A stretch of DNA of 64,000 bases, from positions 251,224,001-251,288,000 of the forward strand of contig OZ024740.1 of NCBI GenBank assembly GCA_964016885.1, given 5' to 3'. Made by a program: the position numbers and the translations under genes. Of this stretch, positions 40,501 to 54,800 are shown one piece after another; the stretch's first letter is position 1; every line of letters begins with the position of its first letter. Under the pieces are notes generated by a model that did no database searches, had not been told where the DNA came from, and saw nothing but the letters and a program-made list of their open reading frames with translations. The stretch is from Eledone cirrhosa (Eukaryota).

Positions 40501-43500
40501 TCCCCTTGGACGGCTGGAAATTATCTCCCCTTGGACGGCTGGAAATTATCTCCCCTTGGACGGCTAGAAATTACCTCTCCTTGGACGGCTGAAAATTATC
40601 TCCCCTTGGACGGCTGGAAATTATCTCCCCCTGATTTTTTTTACAAATTATCTCCCCCTGATTTTTTTTACAAATTATCTCCGCCTGATTTTTTTAAATA
40701 TTATCTCTCCTTGGCTGGCGGGAAATTATCTCCCCTTGGACGGCTGCAAATTATCTCCGCTTGATTTTTTTTACAAATTATCTTCCCCTGATTTTTTTTT
40801 ACAAATTATCTCCCCCTGATTTTTTTTACAAATTATCTCCCCTGATTTTTTTTTACAAATTATCTCCCCCTGATTTTTTTTTACAAATTATCTCCCCCTG
40901 ATTTTTTTTTACAAATTATCTCCCCCTGATTTTTTTACAAATTATCTCCCCCTGATTTTTTTTACAATCTCCGCCTGATTTTTTTAAAAATTATCTTCCC
41001 TTGGCTGGCGGGAAATTATCTCCCCTTGGACGGCTGGAAATTATCTCCCCTTGGAAGGATGGAAATTATCTCCCCTTGGACGGCTGGAAATTATCTCCCC
41101 TTGCACGGCTGGAAATTATCTCCCCTTGGCTGGAAATTATCTCCCCTTGGACGGCTAGAAATTATCTCTCTTTGGATGGCTGGAAATTATCTCCCTTTGA
41201 TTTTTTTTACAAATTATCTCCCTCTGATTTTTTTTACAAATCTCCCCCTGATTTTTTTTTACAAATTATCTCCCCCTGATTTTTTTTACAAACTATCGCC
41301 CCTGATTTTTTTACAAATTATCTCCCCTTGGCTGGCTGGAAATTATCTCCCCTTGGAGGCTGGAATTTATCTCCCCTTGGACGGCTGGAAATTACCTCTC
41401 CTTGGACGGCTGAAAATTATCTCCCCTTGGACGGCTGGAAATTATCTCCCCTTGATTTTTTTACAAATTATCTCCCCCTGATTTTTTTTTTACAAATTAT
41501 CTCCCCCTGATTTTTTTTACAAATTATCTCCCCTTGATTTTTTTTTACAAATTATCTCCCCCTGATTTTTTTTTTACAAATTATCTCCCCCTGATTTTTT
41601 TAAAAATTATCTTCCCTTGGCTGGCGGGAAATTATCTCCCCTTGGACGGCTGGAAATTATCTCCCCTTGGAAGGATGTAAATTATCTCCCCTTGGACGGC
41701 TGGAAATTATCTCCCCTTGCACGGCTGGAAATTATCTCCCCTTGATTTTTTTTACAAATTATCTCCCCCTGATTTTTTTTTACAAATTATCTCCCCCTGA
41801 TTTTTTTTTACAAATTATCTCCCCCTGATTTTTTTTACAAATTATCTCCCCCTGATTTAAAAAAAAAAAATTATCTCCCCTTCGCTGGCTGGAAATTATC
41901 TCCCCTTGGACGCTGGAAATTATAGCCCCTTGGAGGGCTGGAAATTATCTTCCCTTGGACGGCTGGAAATTATCTTCCCTTGGACGGCTGGAAATTATCT
42001 CCCCTTGATTTTTTTTACAAATTATCTCCCCCTGATTTTTTTTTACAAATTATCTCCCCCTGATTTTTTTTTACAAATTATCTCCCCCTGATTTTTTTTT
42101 TACAAATTATCTCCGCTTGATTTTTAAAAAAAAATTATCTCCCCTTGGACGGCTGGAAATTATCTCCCCTTGGACGGCTGGAAATTATCTCCCCTTGGAC
42201 GGCTAGAAATTATCTCTCCTTGGACGGCTGAAAATTATCTCCCCTTGGACGGCTGCAAATTATCTCCCCTTGATTTTTTTTACAAATTATCTCCCCCTGA
42301 TTTTTTTTTACAAATTATCTCCCCCTCATTTTTTTTACAAATTATCTACCCCTGATTTTTTTTACAAATTATCTCCCCCTGATTTTTTTTTACAAATTAT
42401 CTCCCCCTGATTTTTTTTTACAAATTATCTCCCCCTGATTTTTTTTTTACAAATTATCTCCCCCTGATTTTTTTACAAATTATCTCCCCCTGATTTTTTT
42501 TACAATCTCCGCCTGATTTTTTTAAAAATTATCTTCCCTTGGCTGGCGGGAAATTATCTCCCCTTGGACGGCTGGAAATTATCTCCCCTTGGAAGGATGG
42601 AAATTATCTCCCCTTGGACGGCTGGAAATTATCTCCCCTTGCACGGCTGGAAATTATCTCCCCTTGGCTGGAAATTATCTCCCCTTGGACGGCTAGAAAT
42701 TATCTCTCTTTGGATGGCTGGAAATTATCTCCCTTTGATTTTTTTTACAAATTATCTCCCTCTGATTTTTTTTACAAATCTCCCCCTGATTTTTTTTTAC
42801 AAATTATCTCTCCCTGATTTTTTTTACAAACTATCGCCCCTGATTTTTTTACAAATTATCTCCCCTTGGCTGGCTGGAAATTATCTCCCCTTGGAGGCTG
42901 GAATTTATCTCCCCTTGGACGGCTAGAAATTACCTCTCCTTGGACGGCTGGAAAATATGTCTCCTTGGACGGCTGGAAATTATCTCCCCTTGGACGGCTG
43001 GAAATTACCTCTCCTTGGACGGCTGAAAATTATCTCCCCTTGGACGGCTGGAAATTATCTCCCCTTGATTTTTTTACAAATTATCTCCCCCTGATTTTTT
43101 TTTTACAAATTATCTCCCCCTGATTTTTTTTACAAATTATCTACGCCTGATTTTTTTAAATATTATCTCTCCTTGGCTGGCGGGAAATTATCTCCCCTTG
43201 GAAGGATGGAAATTATCTCCCCTTGACGGCTGGAAATTATCTCCCCTTGCACTGCTGGAAATTATCTCCCCTTGGACGGCTGGAAATTATCTGCCCTTGA
43301 TTTTGTTTTTACAAATTATCTTCCCCTGATTATTTTTACAAATTATCTCCACCTGATTTTTTAAAAAATTATCTCCCCTTGGACGGCTGGAAATTATCTC
43401 CCCTTGGCTGGAAATTATCTCCCCTTGGACGGCTAGAAATTATCTCTCTTTGGACGGCTGGAAATTATCTCCCCTTGATTTTTTTTACAAATTATCTCCC

Positions 43501-46500
43501 CCTGATTTTTTTTACAAATTATCTCCCCATGATTTTTAAAAAAAAAATTATCTCCCCTTCGCTGGCTGGAAATTATCTCCCCTTGGACGCTGGAAATTAT
43601 AGCCCCTTGGAGGGCTGGAAATTATCTTCCCTTGGACGGCTGGAAATTATCTCCCCTTGATTTTTTTTACAAATTATCTCCCGCTGATTTTTTTTTACAA
43701 ATTATCTCCCCCTGATTTTTTTTTTACAAATTATCTCCGCCTGATTTTTTTAAAAAAATTATCTCCCCTTGGACGGCTGGAAATTATCTCCCCTTGGACG
43801 GCTGGAAATTATCTCCCCTTGGACGGCTAGAAATTACCTCTCCTTGGACGGCTGAAAATTATCTCCCCTTGGACGGCTGCAAATTATCTCCCCTTGATTT
43901 TTTTTACAAATTATCCCCCCATGATTTTTAAAAAAAAAATTATCTCCCCTTCGCTGGCTGGAAATTATCTCCCCTTGGACGCTGGAAATTATAGCCTCTT
44001 GGAGGGCTGGAAATTATCTTCCCTTGGACGGCTGGAAATTATCTCCCCTTGATTTTTTTTACAAATTATCTCCCCCTGATTTTTTTTTACAAATTATCTC
44101 CCACTGATTTTTTTTTACAAATTATCTCCCCCTGATTTTTTTTTACAAATTATCTCCGCCTGATTTTTTAAAAAAAATTATCTCCCCTTGGACGGCTGGA
44201 AATTATCTCCCCTTGGACGGCTGGAAATTATCTCCCCTTGGACGGCTAGAAATTACCTCTCCTTGGACGGCTGAAAATTATCTCCCCTTGGACGGCTGCA
44301 AATTATCTCCCCTTGATTTTTTTTACAAATTATCTCCCCCTGATTTTTTTTACAAATTATCTCCCCCTGATTTTTTTACAAATTATCTCCCCCTGATTTT
44401 TTTTTACAAATTATCTCCCCCTGATTTTTTTTTACAAATTATCTCCCCCTGATTTTTTTTACAAATTATCTCCCCCTGATTTTTTTTACAAATTATCTCC
44501 CCCTGATTTTTTTTACAATCTCCGCCTGATTTTTTAAAAAATTATCTTCCCTTCGCTGGCGGGAAATTATCTCCCCTTGGACGGCTGGAAATTATCTCCC
44601 CTTGGACGGCTAGAAATTATCTCTCTTTGGACGGCTGGAAATTATCTCCCCTTGATTTTTTTTACAAATTATCTCCCCCTGATTTTTTTTACAAATTATC
44701 CCCGCATGATTTTTAAAAAAAAAATTATCTCCCCTTCGCTGGCTGGAAATTATCTCCCCTTGGACGCTGGAAATTATAGCCCCTTGGAGGGCTGGAAATT
44801 ATCTTCCCTTGGACGGCTGGAAATTATCTCCCCTTGATTTTTTTACAAATTATCTCCCCCTGATTTTTTTTTACAAATTATCTCCCCCTGATTTTTTTTT
44901 ACAAATTATCTCCCCCTGATTTTTTTTTTTACAAATTATCTCCGCCTGATTTTTAAAAAAAAATTATCTCCCCTTGGACGGCTGGAAATTATCTCCCCTT
45001 GGACGGCTGGAAATTATCTCCCCTTGGACGGCTAGAAATTACCTCTCCTTGGACGGCTGAAAATTATCTCCCCTTGGACGGCTGCAAATTATCTCCCCTT
45101 GATTTTTTTTACAAATTATCTCCCCCTGATTTTTTTTACAAATTATCTCCCCCTGATTTTTTTTACAAATTATCTCCCCCTGATTTTTTTTTACAAATTA
45201 TCTCCCCCTGATTTTTTTTTACAAATTATCTCCCCCTGATTTTTTTTACAAATTATCTCCCCCTGATTTTTTTTACAAATTATCTCCCCCTGATTTTTTT
45301 TAATAAATTATCTCCCCTTGATTTTTTTTTACAAATTATCTCCCCCTGATTCTTTTTTTACAAATTATCTCCCCCTGATTTTTTTACAAATTATCTCCCC
45401 CTGATTTTTTTTACAAATTATCTCCCCCTGATTTTTTTTACAAATTATCTCCCCTTGATTTTTTTTTACAAATTATCTCCCCCTGATTTTTTTTTACAAA
45501 TTATCTCCCCCTGATTTTTTTAAAAATTATCTTCCCTTGGCTGGCGGGAAATTATCTCCCCTTGGACGGCTGGAAATTATCTCCCCTTGGAAGGATGTAA
45601 ATTATCTCCCCTTGGACGGCTGGAAATTATCTCCCCTTGCACGGCTGGAAATTATCTCCCCTTGATTTTTTTTACAAATTATCTCCCCCTGATTTTTTTT
45701 TACAAATTATCTCCCCCTGATTTTTTTTTACAAATTATCTCCCCCTGATTTTTTTTACAAATTATCTCCCCCTGATTTAAAAAAAAAAAATTATCTCCCC
45801 TTCGCTGGCTGGAAATTATCTCCCCTTGGACGCTGGAAATTATAGCCCCTTGGAGGGCTGGAAATTATCTTCCCTTGGACGGCTGGAAATTATCTTCCCT
45901 TGGACGGCTGGAAATTATCTCCCCTTGATTTTTTTTACAAATTATCTCCCCCTGATTTTTTTTTACAAATTATCTCCCCCTGATTTTTTTTTACAAATTA
46001 TCTCCCCCTGATTTTTTTTTTACAAATTATCTCCGCTTGATTTTTAAAAAAAAATTATCTCCCCTTGGACGGCTGGAAATTATCTCCCCTTGGACGGCTG
46101 GAAATTATCTCCCCTTGGACGGCTAGAAATTATCTCTCCTTGGACGGCTGAAAATTATCTCCCCTTGGACGGCTGCAAATTATCTCCCCTTGATTTTTTT
46201 TACAAATTATCTCCCCCTGATTTTTTTTTACAAATTATCTCCCCCTCATTTTTTTTACAAATTATCTACCCCTGATTTTTTTTACAAATTATCTCCCCCT
46301 GATTTTTTTTTACAAATTATCTCCCCCTGATTTTTTTTTACAAATTATCTCCCCCTGATTTTTTTTTTACAAATTATCTCCCCCTGATTTTTTTACAAAT
46401 TATCTCCCCCTGATTTTTTTTACAATCTCCGCCTGATTTTTTTAAAAATTATCTTCCCTTGGCTGGCGGGAAATTATCTCCCCTTGGACGGCTGGAAATT

Positions 46501-48830
46501 ATCTCCCCTTGGAAGGATGGAAATTATCTCCCCTTGGACGGCTGGAAATTATCTCCCCTTGCACGGCTGGAAATTATCTCCCCTTGGCTGGAAATTATCT
46601 CCCCTTGGACGGCTAGAAATTAACTCTCTTTGGATGGCTGGAAATTATCTCCCTTTGATTTTTTTTTACAAATTATCTCCCCCTGATTTTTTTTACAAAC
46701 TATCGCCCCTGATTTTTTTACAAATTATCTCCCCTTGGCTGGCTGGAAATTATCTCCCCTTGGAGGCTGGAATTTATCTCCCCTTGGACGGCTAGAAATT
46801 ACCTCTCCTTGGACGGCTGGAAAATATGTCTCCTTGGACGGCTGGAAATTATCTCCCCTTGGACGGCTGGAAATTACCTCTCCTTGGACGGCTGAAAATT
46901 ATCTCCCCTTGGACGGCTGGAAATTATCTCCCCTTGATTTTTTTACAAATTATCTCCCCCTGATTTTTTTTTACAAATTATCTCCCCCTGATTTTTTTTA
47001 TAAATTATCTACGCCTGATTTTTTTAAATATTATCTCTCCTTGGCTGGCGGGAAATTATCTCCCCTTGGAAGGATGGAAATTATCTCCCCTTGACGGATG
47101 GAAATTATCTCCCCTTGCACTGCTGGAAATTATCTCCCCTTGGACGGCTGGAAATTATCTGCCCTTGATTTTGTTTTTACAAATTATCTTCCCCTGATTA
47201 TTTTTACAAATTATCTCCACCTGATTTTTTAAAAAATTATCTCCCCTTGGACGGCTGGAAATTATCTCCCCTTGGCTGGAAATTATCTCCCCTTGGACGG
47301 CTAGAAATTATCTCTCTTTGGACGGCTGGAAATTATCTCCCCTTGATTTTTTTTACAACTTATCTCCGCCTGATTTTTTTTAAAAAATCATCTCCCCTTG
47401 GACGGCTGGAAATTATCTCCCCTTGGACGGCTGGAAATTATCTCTCCTTGGACGGCTAGAAATTACCTCTCCTTGGATAATTGAAAATTATCTCCCCTTG
47501 GACGGCTGGAAATTATCTCCCCTTGATTTTTTTTACAAATTATCTCCCACTGATTTTTTTTACAAATTATCTCCCCTGATTTTTTTTTACAAATTATCTC
47601 CCCCTGATTTTTTTTTACAAATTATCTCCCCCTGATTTTTTTTACAAATTATCTCCCCCTGATTTTTTTACAAATTATCTCCCCTTGGCTGGCTGGAAAT
47701 TATCTCCCCTTGGAGGCAGGAATTTATCTCCCCTTGGACGGCTAGAAATTACCTCTCCTTGGACGGCTGGAAAATATGTCTCCTTGGACGGCTGGAAATT
47801 ATCTCCCCTTGGACGGCTGGAAATTATCTCCCCTTGGACGGCTGGAAATTATCTCCCCTTGGACGGCTAGAAATTACCTCTCCTTGGACGGCTGAAAATT
47901 ATCTCCCCTTGGACGGCTGGAAATTATCTCCCCCTGATTTTTTTTACAAATTATCTCCCCCTGATTTTTTTTACAAATTATCTCCGCCTGATTTTTTTAA
48001 ATATTATCTCTCCTTGGCTGGCGGGAAATTATCTCCCCTTGGACGGCTGCAAATTATCTCCGCTTGATTTTTTTTACAAATTATCTTCCCCTGATTTTTT
48101 TTTACAAATTATCTCCCCCTGATTTTTTTTACAAATTATCTCCCCTGATTTTTTTTTACAAATTATCTCCCCCTGATTTTTTTTTACAAATTATCTCCCC
48201 CTGATTTTTTTTTACAAATTATCTCCCCCTGATTTTTTTACAAATTATCTCCCCCTGATTTTTTTTACAATCTCCGCCTGATTTTTTTAAAAATTATCTT
48301 CCCTTGGCTGGCGGGAAATTATCTCCCCTTGGACGGCTGGAAATTATCTCCCCTTGGAAGGATGGAAATTATCTCCCCTTGGACGGCTGGAAATTATCTC
48401 CCCTTGCACGGCTGGAAATTATCTCCCCTTGGCTGGAAATTATCTCCCCTTGGACGGCTAGAAATTATCTCTCTTTGGATGGCTGGAAATTATCTCCCTT
48501 TGATTTTTTTTACAAATTATCTCCCTCTGATTTTTTTTACAAATCTCCCCCTGATTTTTTTTTACAAATTATCTCCCCCTGATTTTTTTTACAAACTATC
48601 GCCCCTGATTTTTTTACAAATTATCTCCCCTTGGCTGGCTGGAAATTATCTCCCCTTGGAGGCTGGAATTTATCTCCCCTTGGACGGCTGGAAATTACCT
48701 CTCCTTGGACGGCTGAAAATTATCTCCCCTTGGACGGCTGGAAATTATCTCCCCTTGATTTTTTTACAAATTATCTCCCCCTGATTTTTTTTTTACAAAT
48801 TATCTCCCCCTGATTTTTTTTACAAATTAT
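34500..48830 (+). repeat. About 7.3-7.35-kb tandem higher-order repeat (about 2 copies)
   Basis: Offsets 34552/41906, 38736/46090 and 39130/46484 are 7354. Offsets 39432/46735 and 41328/48631 are 7303. Confidence 0.88.
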
Positions 48831-51800
48831 CTACGCCTGATTTTTTTAAATATTATCTCTCCTTGGCTGGCGGGAAATTATCTCCCCTTGGAAGGATGGA
48901 AATTATCTCCCCTTGGACGGCTGGAAATTATCTCCCCTTGCACTGCTGGAAATTATCTCCCCTTGGACGGCTGGAAATTATCTGCCCTTGATTTTGTTTT
49001 TACAAATTATCTTCCCCTGATTATTTTTACAAATTATCTCCACCTGATTTTTTAAAAAATTATCTCCCCTTGGACGGCTGGAAATTATCTCCCCTTGGCT
49101 GGAAATTATCTCCCCTTGGACGGCTAGAAATTATCTCTCTTTGGACGGCTGGAAATTATCTCCCCTTGATTTTTTTTACAAATTATCTCCCCCTGATTTT
49201 TTTTACAAATTATCTCCCCATGATTTTTAAAAAAAAAATTATCTCCCCTTCGCTGGCTGGAAATTATCTCCCCTTGGACGCTGGAAATTATAGCCCCTTG
49301 GAGGGCTGGAAATTATCTTCCCTTGGACGGCTGGAAATTATCTCCCCTTGATTTTTTTTACAAATTATCTCCCCCTGATTTTTTTTTACAAATTATCTCC
49401 CCCTGATTTTTTTTTTACAAATTATCTCCGCCTGATTTTTTTAAAAAAATTATCTCCCCTTGGACGGCTGGAAATTATCTCCCCTTGGACGGCTGGAAAT
49501 TATCTCCCCTTGGACGGCTAGAAATTACCTCTCCTTGGACGGCTGAAAATTATCTCCCCTTGGACGGCTGCAAATTATCTCCCCTTGATTTTTTTTACAA
49601 ATTATCCCCCCATGATTTAAAAAAAAAAAATTATCTCCCCTTCGCTGGCTGGAAATTATCTCCCCTTGGACGCTGGAAATTATAGCCCCTTGGAGGGCTG
49701 GAAATTATCTTCCCTTGGACGGCTGGAAATTATCTCCCCTTGATTTTTTTTACAAATTATCTCCCCCTGATTTTTTTTTACAAATTATCAACCACTGATT
49801 TTTTTTTACAAATTATCTCCCCCTGATTTTTTTTTTACAAATTATCTCCGCCTGATTTTTTAAAAAAAATTATCTCCCCTTGGACGGCTGGAAATTATCT
49901 CCCCTTGGACGGCTGGAAATTATCTCCCCTTGGACGGCTAGAAATTACCTCTCCTTGGACGGCTGAAAATTATCTCCCCTTGGACGGCTGCAAATTATCT
50001 CCCCTTGATTTTTTTTACAAATTATCTCCCCCTGATTTTTTTTACAAATTATCTCCCCCTGATTTTTTTTACAAATTATCTCCCCCTGATTTTTTTTTAC
50101 AAATTATCTCCCCCTGATTTTTTTTTACAAATTATCTCCCCCTGATTTTTTTTACAAATTATCTCCCCCTGATTTTTTTTACAAATTATCTCCCCCTGAT
50201 TTTTTTTACAATCTCCGCCTGATTTTTTAAAAAATTATCTTCCCTTGGCTGGCGGGAAATTATCTCCCCTTGGACGGCTGGAAATTATCTCCCCTTGGAC
50301 GGCTAGAAATTATCTCTCTTTGGACGGCTGGAAATTATCTCCCCTTGATTTTTTTTACAAATTATCTCCCCCTGATTTTTTTTACAAATTATCCCCGCAT
50401 GATTTTTAAAAAAAAAATTATCTCCCCTTCGCTGGCTGGAAATTATCTCCCCTTGGACGCTGGAAATTATAGCCCCTTGGAGGGCTGGAAATTATCTTCC
50501 CTTGGACGGCTGGAAATTATCTCCCCTTGATTTTTTTTACAAATTATCTCCCCCTGATTTTTTTTTACAAATTATCTCCCCCTGATTTTTTTTTACAAAT
50601 TATCTCCCCCTGATTTTTTTTTTTACAAATTATCTCCGCCTGATTTTTAAAAAAAAATTATCTCCCCTTGGACGGCTGGAAATTATCTCCCCTTGGACGG
50701 CTGGAAATTATCTCCCCTTGGACGGCTGGAAATTATTTCCCCTTGGACGGCTAGAAATTACCTCTCCTTGGACGGCTGAAAATTATCTCCCCTTGGACGG
50801 CTGCAAATTATCTCCCCTTGATTTTTTTTACAAATTATCTCCCCCTGATTTTTTTTACAAATTATCTCCCCCTGATTTTTTTTACAAATTATCTCCCCCT
50901 GATTTTTTTTTACAAATTATCTTCCCCTGATTTTTTTTTACAAATTATCTCCCCCTGATTTTTTTTACAAATTATCTCCCCCTGATTTTTTTTACAAATT
51001 ATCTCCCCCTGATTTTTTTTAATAAATTATCTCCCCTTGATTTTTTTTTACAAATTATCTCCCCCTGATTTTTTTTTTACAAATTATCTCCCCCTGATTT
51101 TTTTACAAATTATCTCCCCCTGATTTTTTTTACAAATTATCTCCCCCTGATTTTTTTTACAAATTATCTCCCCTTGATTTTTTTTTACAAATTATCTCCC
51201 CCTGATTTTTTTTTTACAAATTATCTCCCCCTGATTTTTTTAAAAATTATCTTCCCTTGGCTTGCGGGAAATTATCTCCCCTTGGACGGCTGGAAATTAT
51301 CTCCCCTTGGAAGGATGTAAATTATCTCCCCTTGGACGGCTGGAAATTATCTCCCCTTGCACGGCTGGAAATTATCTCCCCTTGATTTTTTTTACAAATT
51401 ATCTCCCCCTGATTTTTTTTTACAAATTATCTCCCCCTGATTTTTTTTTACAAATTATCTCCCCCTGATTTTTTTTACAAATTATCTCCCCCTGATTTAA
51501 AAAAAAAAAATTATCTCCCCTTCGCTGGCTGGAAATTATCTCCCCTTGGACGCTGGAAATTATAGCCCCTTGGAGGGCTGGAAATTATCTTCCCTTGGAC
51601 GGCTGGAAATTATCTTCCCTTGGACGGCTGGAAATTATCTCCCCTTGATTTTTTTTACAAATTATCTCCCCCTGATTTTTTTTTACAAATTATCTCCCCC
51701 TGATTTTTTTTTACAAATTATCTCCCCCTGATTTTTTTTTTACAAATTATCTCCGCTTGATTTTTTAAAAAAAATTATCTCCCCTTGGACGGCTGGAAAT

Positions 51801-54800
51801 TATCTCCCCTTGGACGGCTGGAAATTATCTCCCCTTGGACGGCTAGAAATTATCTCTCCTTGGACGGCTGAAAATTATCTCCCCTTGGACGGCTGCAAAT
51901 TATCTCCCCTTGATTTTTTTTACAAATTATCTCCCCCTGATTTTTTTTTACAAATTATCTCCCCCTCATTTTTTTTACAAATTATCTACCCCTGATTTTT
52001 TTTACAAATTATCTCCCCCTGATTTTTTTTTACAAATTATCTCCCCCTGATTTTTTTTTACAAATTATCTCCCCCTGATTTTTTTAAAAATTATCTTCCC
52101 TTGGCTGGCGGGAAATTATCTCCCCTTGGACGGCTGGAAATTATCTCCCCTTGGAAGGATGTAAATTATCTCCCCTTGGACGGCTGGAAATTATCTCCCC
52201 TTGCACGGCTGGAAATTATCTCCCCTTGATTTTTTTTACAAATTATCTCCCCCTGATTTTTTTTTACAAATTATCTCCCCCTGATTTTTTTTTACAAATT
52301 ATCTCCCCCTGATTTTTTTTACAAATTATCTCCCCCTGATTTAAAAAAAAAAAATTATCTCCCCTTCGCTGGCTGGAAATTATCTCCCCTTGGACGCTGG
52401 AAATTATAGCCCCTTGGAGGGCTGGAAATTATCTTCCCTTGGACGGCTGGAAATTATCTTCCCTTGGACGGCTGGAAATTATCTCCCCTTGATTTTTTTT
52501 ACAAATTATCTCCCCCTGATTTTTTTTTACAAATTATCTCCCCCTGATTTTTTTTTACAAATTATCTCCCCCTGATTTTTTTTTTACAAATTATCTCCGC
52601 TTGATTTTTAAAAAAAAATTATCTCCCCTTGGACGGCTGGAAATTATCTCCCCTTGGACGGCTGGAAATTATCTCCCCTTGGACGGCTAGAAATTATCTC
52701 TCCTTGGACGGCTGAAAATTATCTCCCCTTGGACGGCTGCAAATTATCTCCCCTTGATTTTTTTTACAAATTATCTCCCCCTGATTTTTTTTTACAAATT
52801 ATCTCCCCCTCATTTTTTTTACAAATTATCTACCCCTGATTTTTTTTACAAATTATCTCCCCCTGATTTTTTTTTACAAATTATCTCCCCCTGATTTTTT
52901 TTTACAAATTATCTCCCCCTGATTTTTTTTTTACAAATTATCTCCCCCTGATTTTTTTACAAATTATCTCCCCCTGATTTTTTTTACAATCTCCGCCTGA
53001 TTTTTTTAAAAATTATCTTCCCTTGGCTGGCGGGAAATTATCTCCCCTTGGACGGCTGGAAATTATCTCCCCTTGGAAGGATGGAAATTATCTCCCCTTG
53101 GACGGCTGGAAATTATCTCCCCTTGCACGGCTGGAAATTATCTCCCCTTGGCTGGAAATTATCTCCCCTTGGACGGCTAGAAATTAACTCTCTTTGGATG
53201 GCTGGAAATTATCTCCCTTTGATTTTTTTTTACAAATTATCTCCCCCTGATTTTTTTTACAAACTATCGCCCCTGATTTTTTTACAAATTATCTCCCCTT
53301 GGCTGGCTGGAAATTATCTCCCCTTGGAGGCTGGAATTTATCTCCCCTTGGACGGCTAGAAATTACCTCTCCTTGGACGGCTGGAAAATATGTCTCCTTG
53401 GACGGCTGGAAATTATCTCCCCTTGGACGGCTGGAAATTACCTCTCCTTGGACGGCTGAAAATTATCTCCCCTTGGACGGCTGGAAATTATCTCCCCTTG
53501 ATTTTTTTACAAATTATCTCCCCCTGATTTTTTTTTACAAATTATCTCCCCCTGATTTTTTTTATAAATTATCTACGCCTGATTTTTTTAAATATTATCT
53601 CTCCTTGGCTGGCGGGAAATTATCTCCCCTTGGAAGGATGGAAATTATCTCCCCTTGACGGATGGAAATTATCTCCCCTTGCACTGCTGGAAATTATCTC
53701 CCCTTGGACGGCTGGAAATTATCTGCCCTTGATTTTGTTTTTACAAATTATCTTCCCCTGATTATTTTTACAAATTATCTCCACCTGATTTTTTAAAAAA
53801 TTATCTCCCCTTGGACGGCTGGAAATTATCTCCCCTTGGCTGGAAATTATCTCCCCTTGGACGGCTAGAAATTATCTCTCTTTGGACGGCTGGAAATTAT
53901 CTCCCCTTGATTTTTTTTACAACTTATCTCCGCCTGATTTTTTTTAAAAAATCATCTCCCCTTGGACGGCTGGAAATTATCTCCCCTTGGACGGCTGGAA
54001 ATTATCTCTCCTTGGACGGCTAGAAATTACCTCTCCTTGGATAATTGAAAATTATCTCCCCTTGGACGGCTGGAAATTATCTCCCCTTGATTTTTTTTAC
54101 AAATTATCTCCCACTGATTTTTTTTACAAATTATCTCCCCTGATTTTTTTTTACAAATTATCTCCCCCTGATTTTTTTTTACAAATTATCTCCCCCTGAT
54201 TTTTTTTACAAATTATCTCCCCCTGATTTTTTTACAAATTATCTCCCCTTGGCTGGCTGGAAATTATCTCCCCTTGGAGGCAGGAATTTATCTCCCCTTG
54301 GACGGCTAGAAATTACCTCTCCTTGGACGGCTGGAAAATATGTCTCCTTGGACGGCTGGAAATTATCTCCCCTTGGACGGCTGGAAATTATCTCCCCTTG
54401 GACGGCTGGAAATTATCTCCCCTTGGACGGCTAGAAATTACCTCTCCTTGGACGGCTGAAAATTATCTCCCCTTGGACGGCTGGAAATTATCTCCCCCTG
54501 ATTTTTTTTACAAATTATCTCCCCCTGATTTTTTTTACAAATTATCTCCGCCTGATTTTTTTAAATATTATCTCTCCTTGGCTGGCGGGAAATTATCTCC
54601 CCTTGGACGGCTGCAAATTATCTCCGCTTGATTTTTTTTACAAATTATCTTCCCCTGATTTTTTTTTACAAATTATCTCCCCCTGATTTTTTTTACAAAT
54701 TATCTCCCCTGATTTTTTTTTACAAATTATCTCCCCCTGATTTTTTTTTACAAATTATCTCCCCCTGATTTTTTTTTACAAATTATCTCCCCCTGATTTT

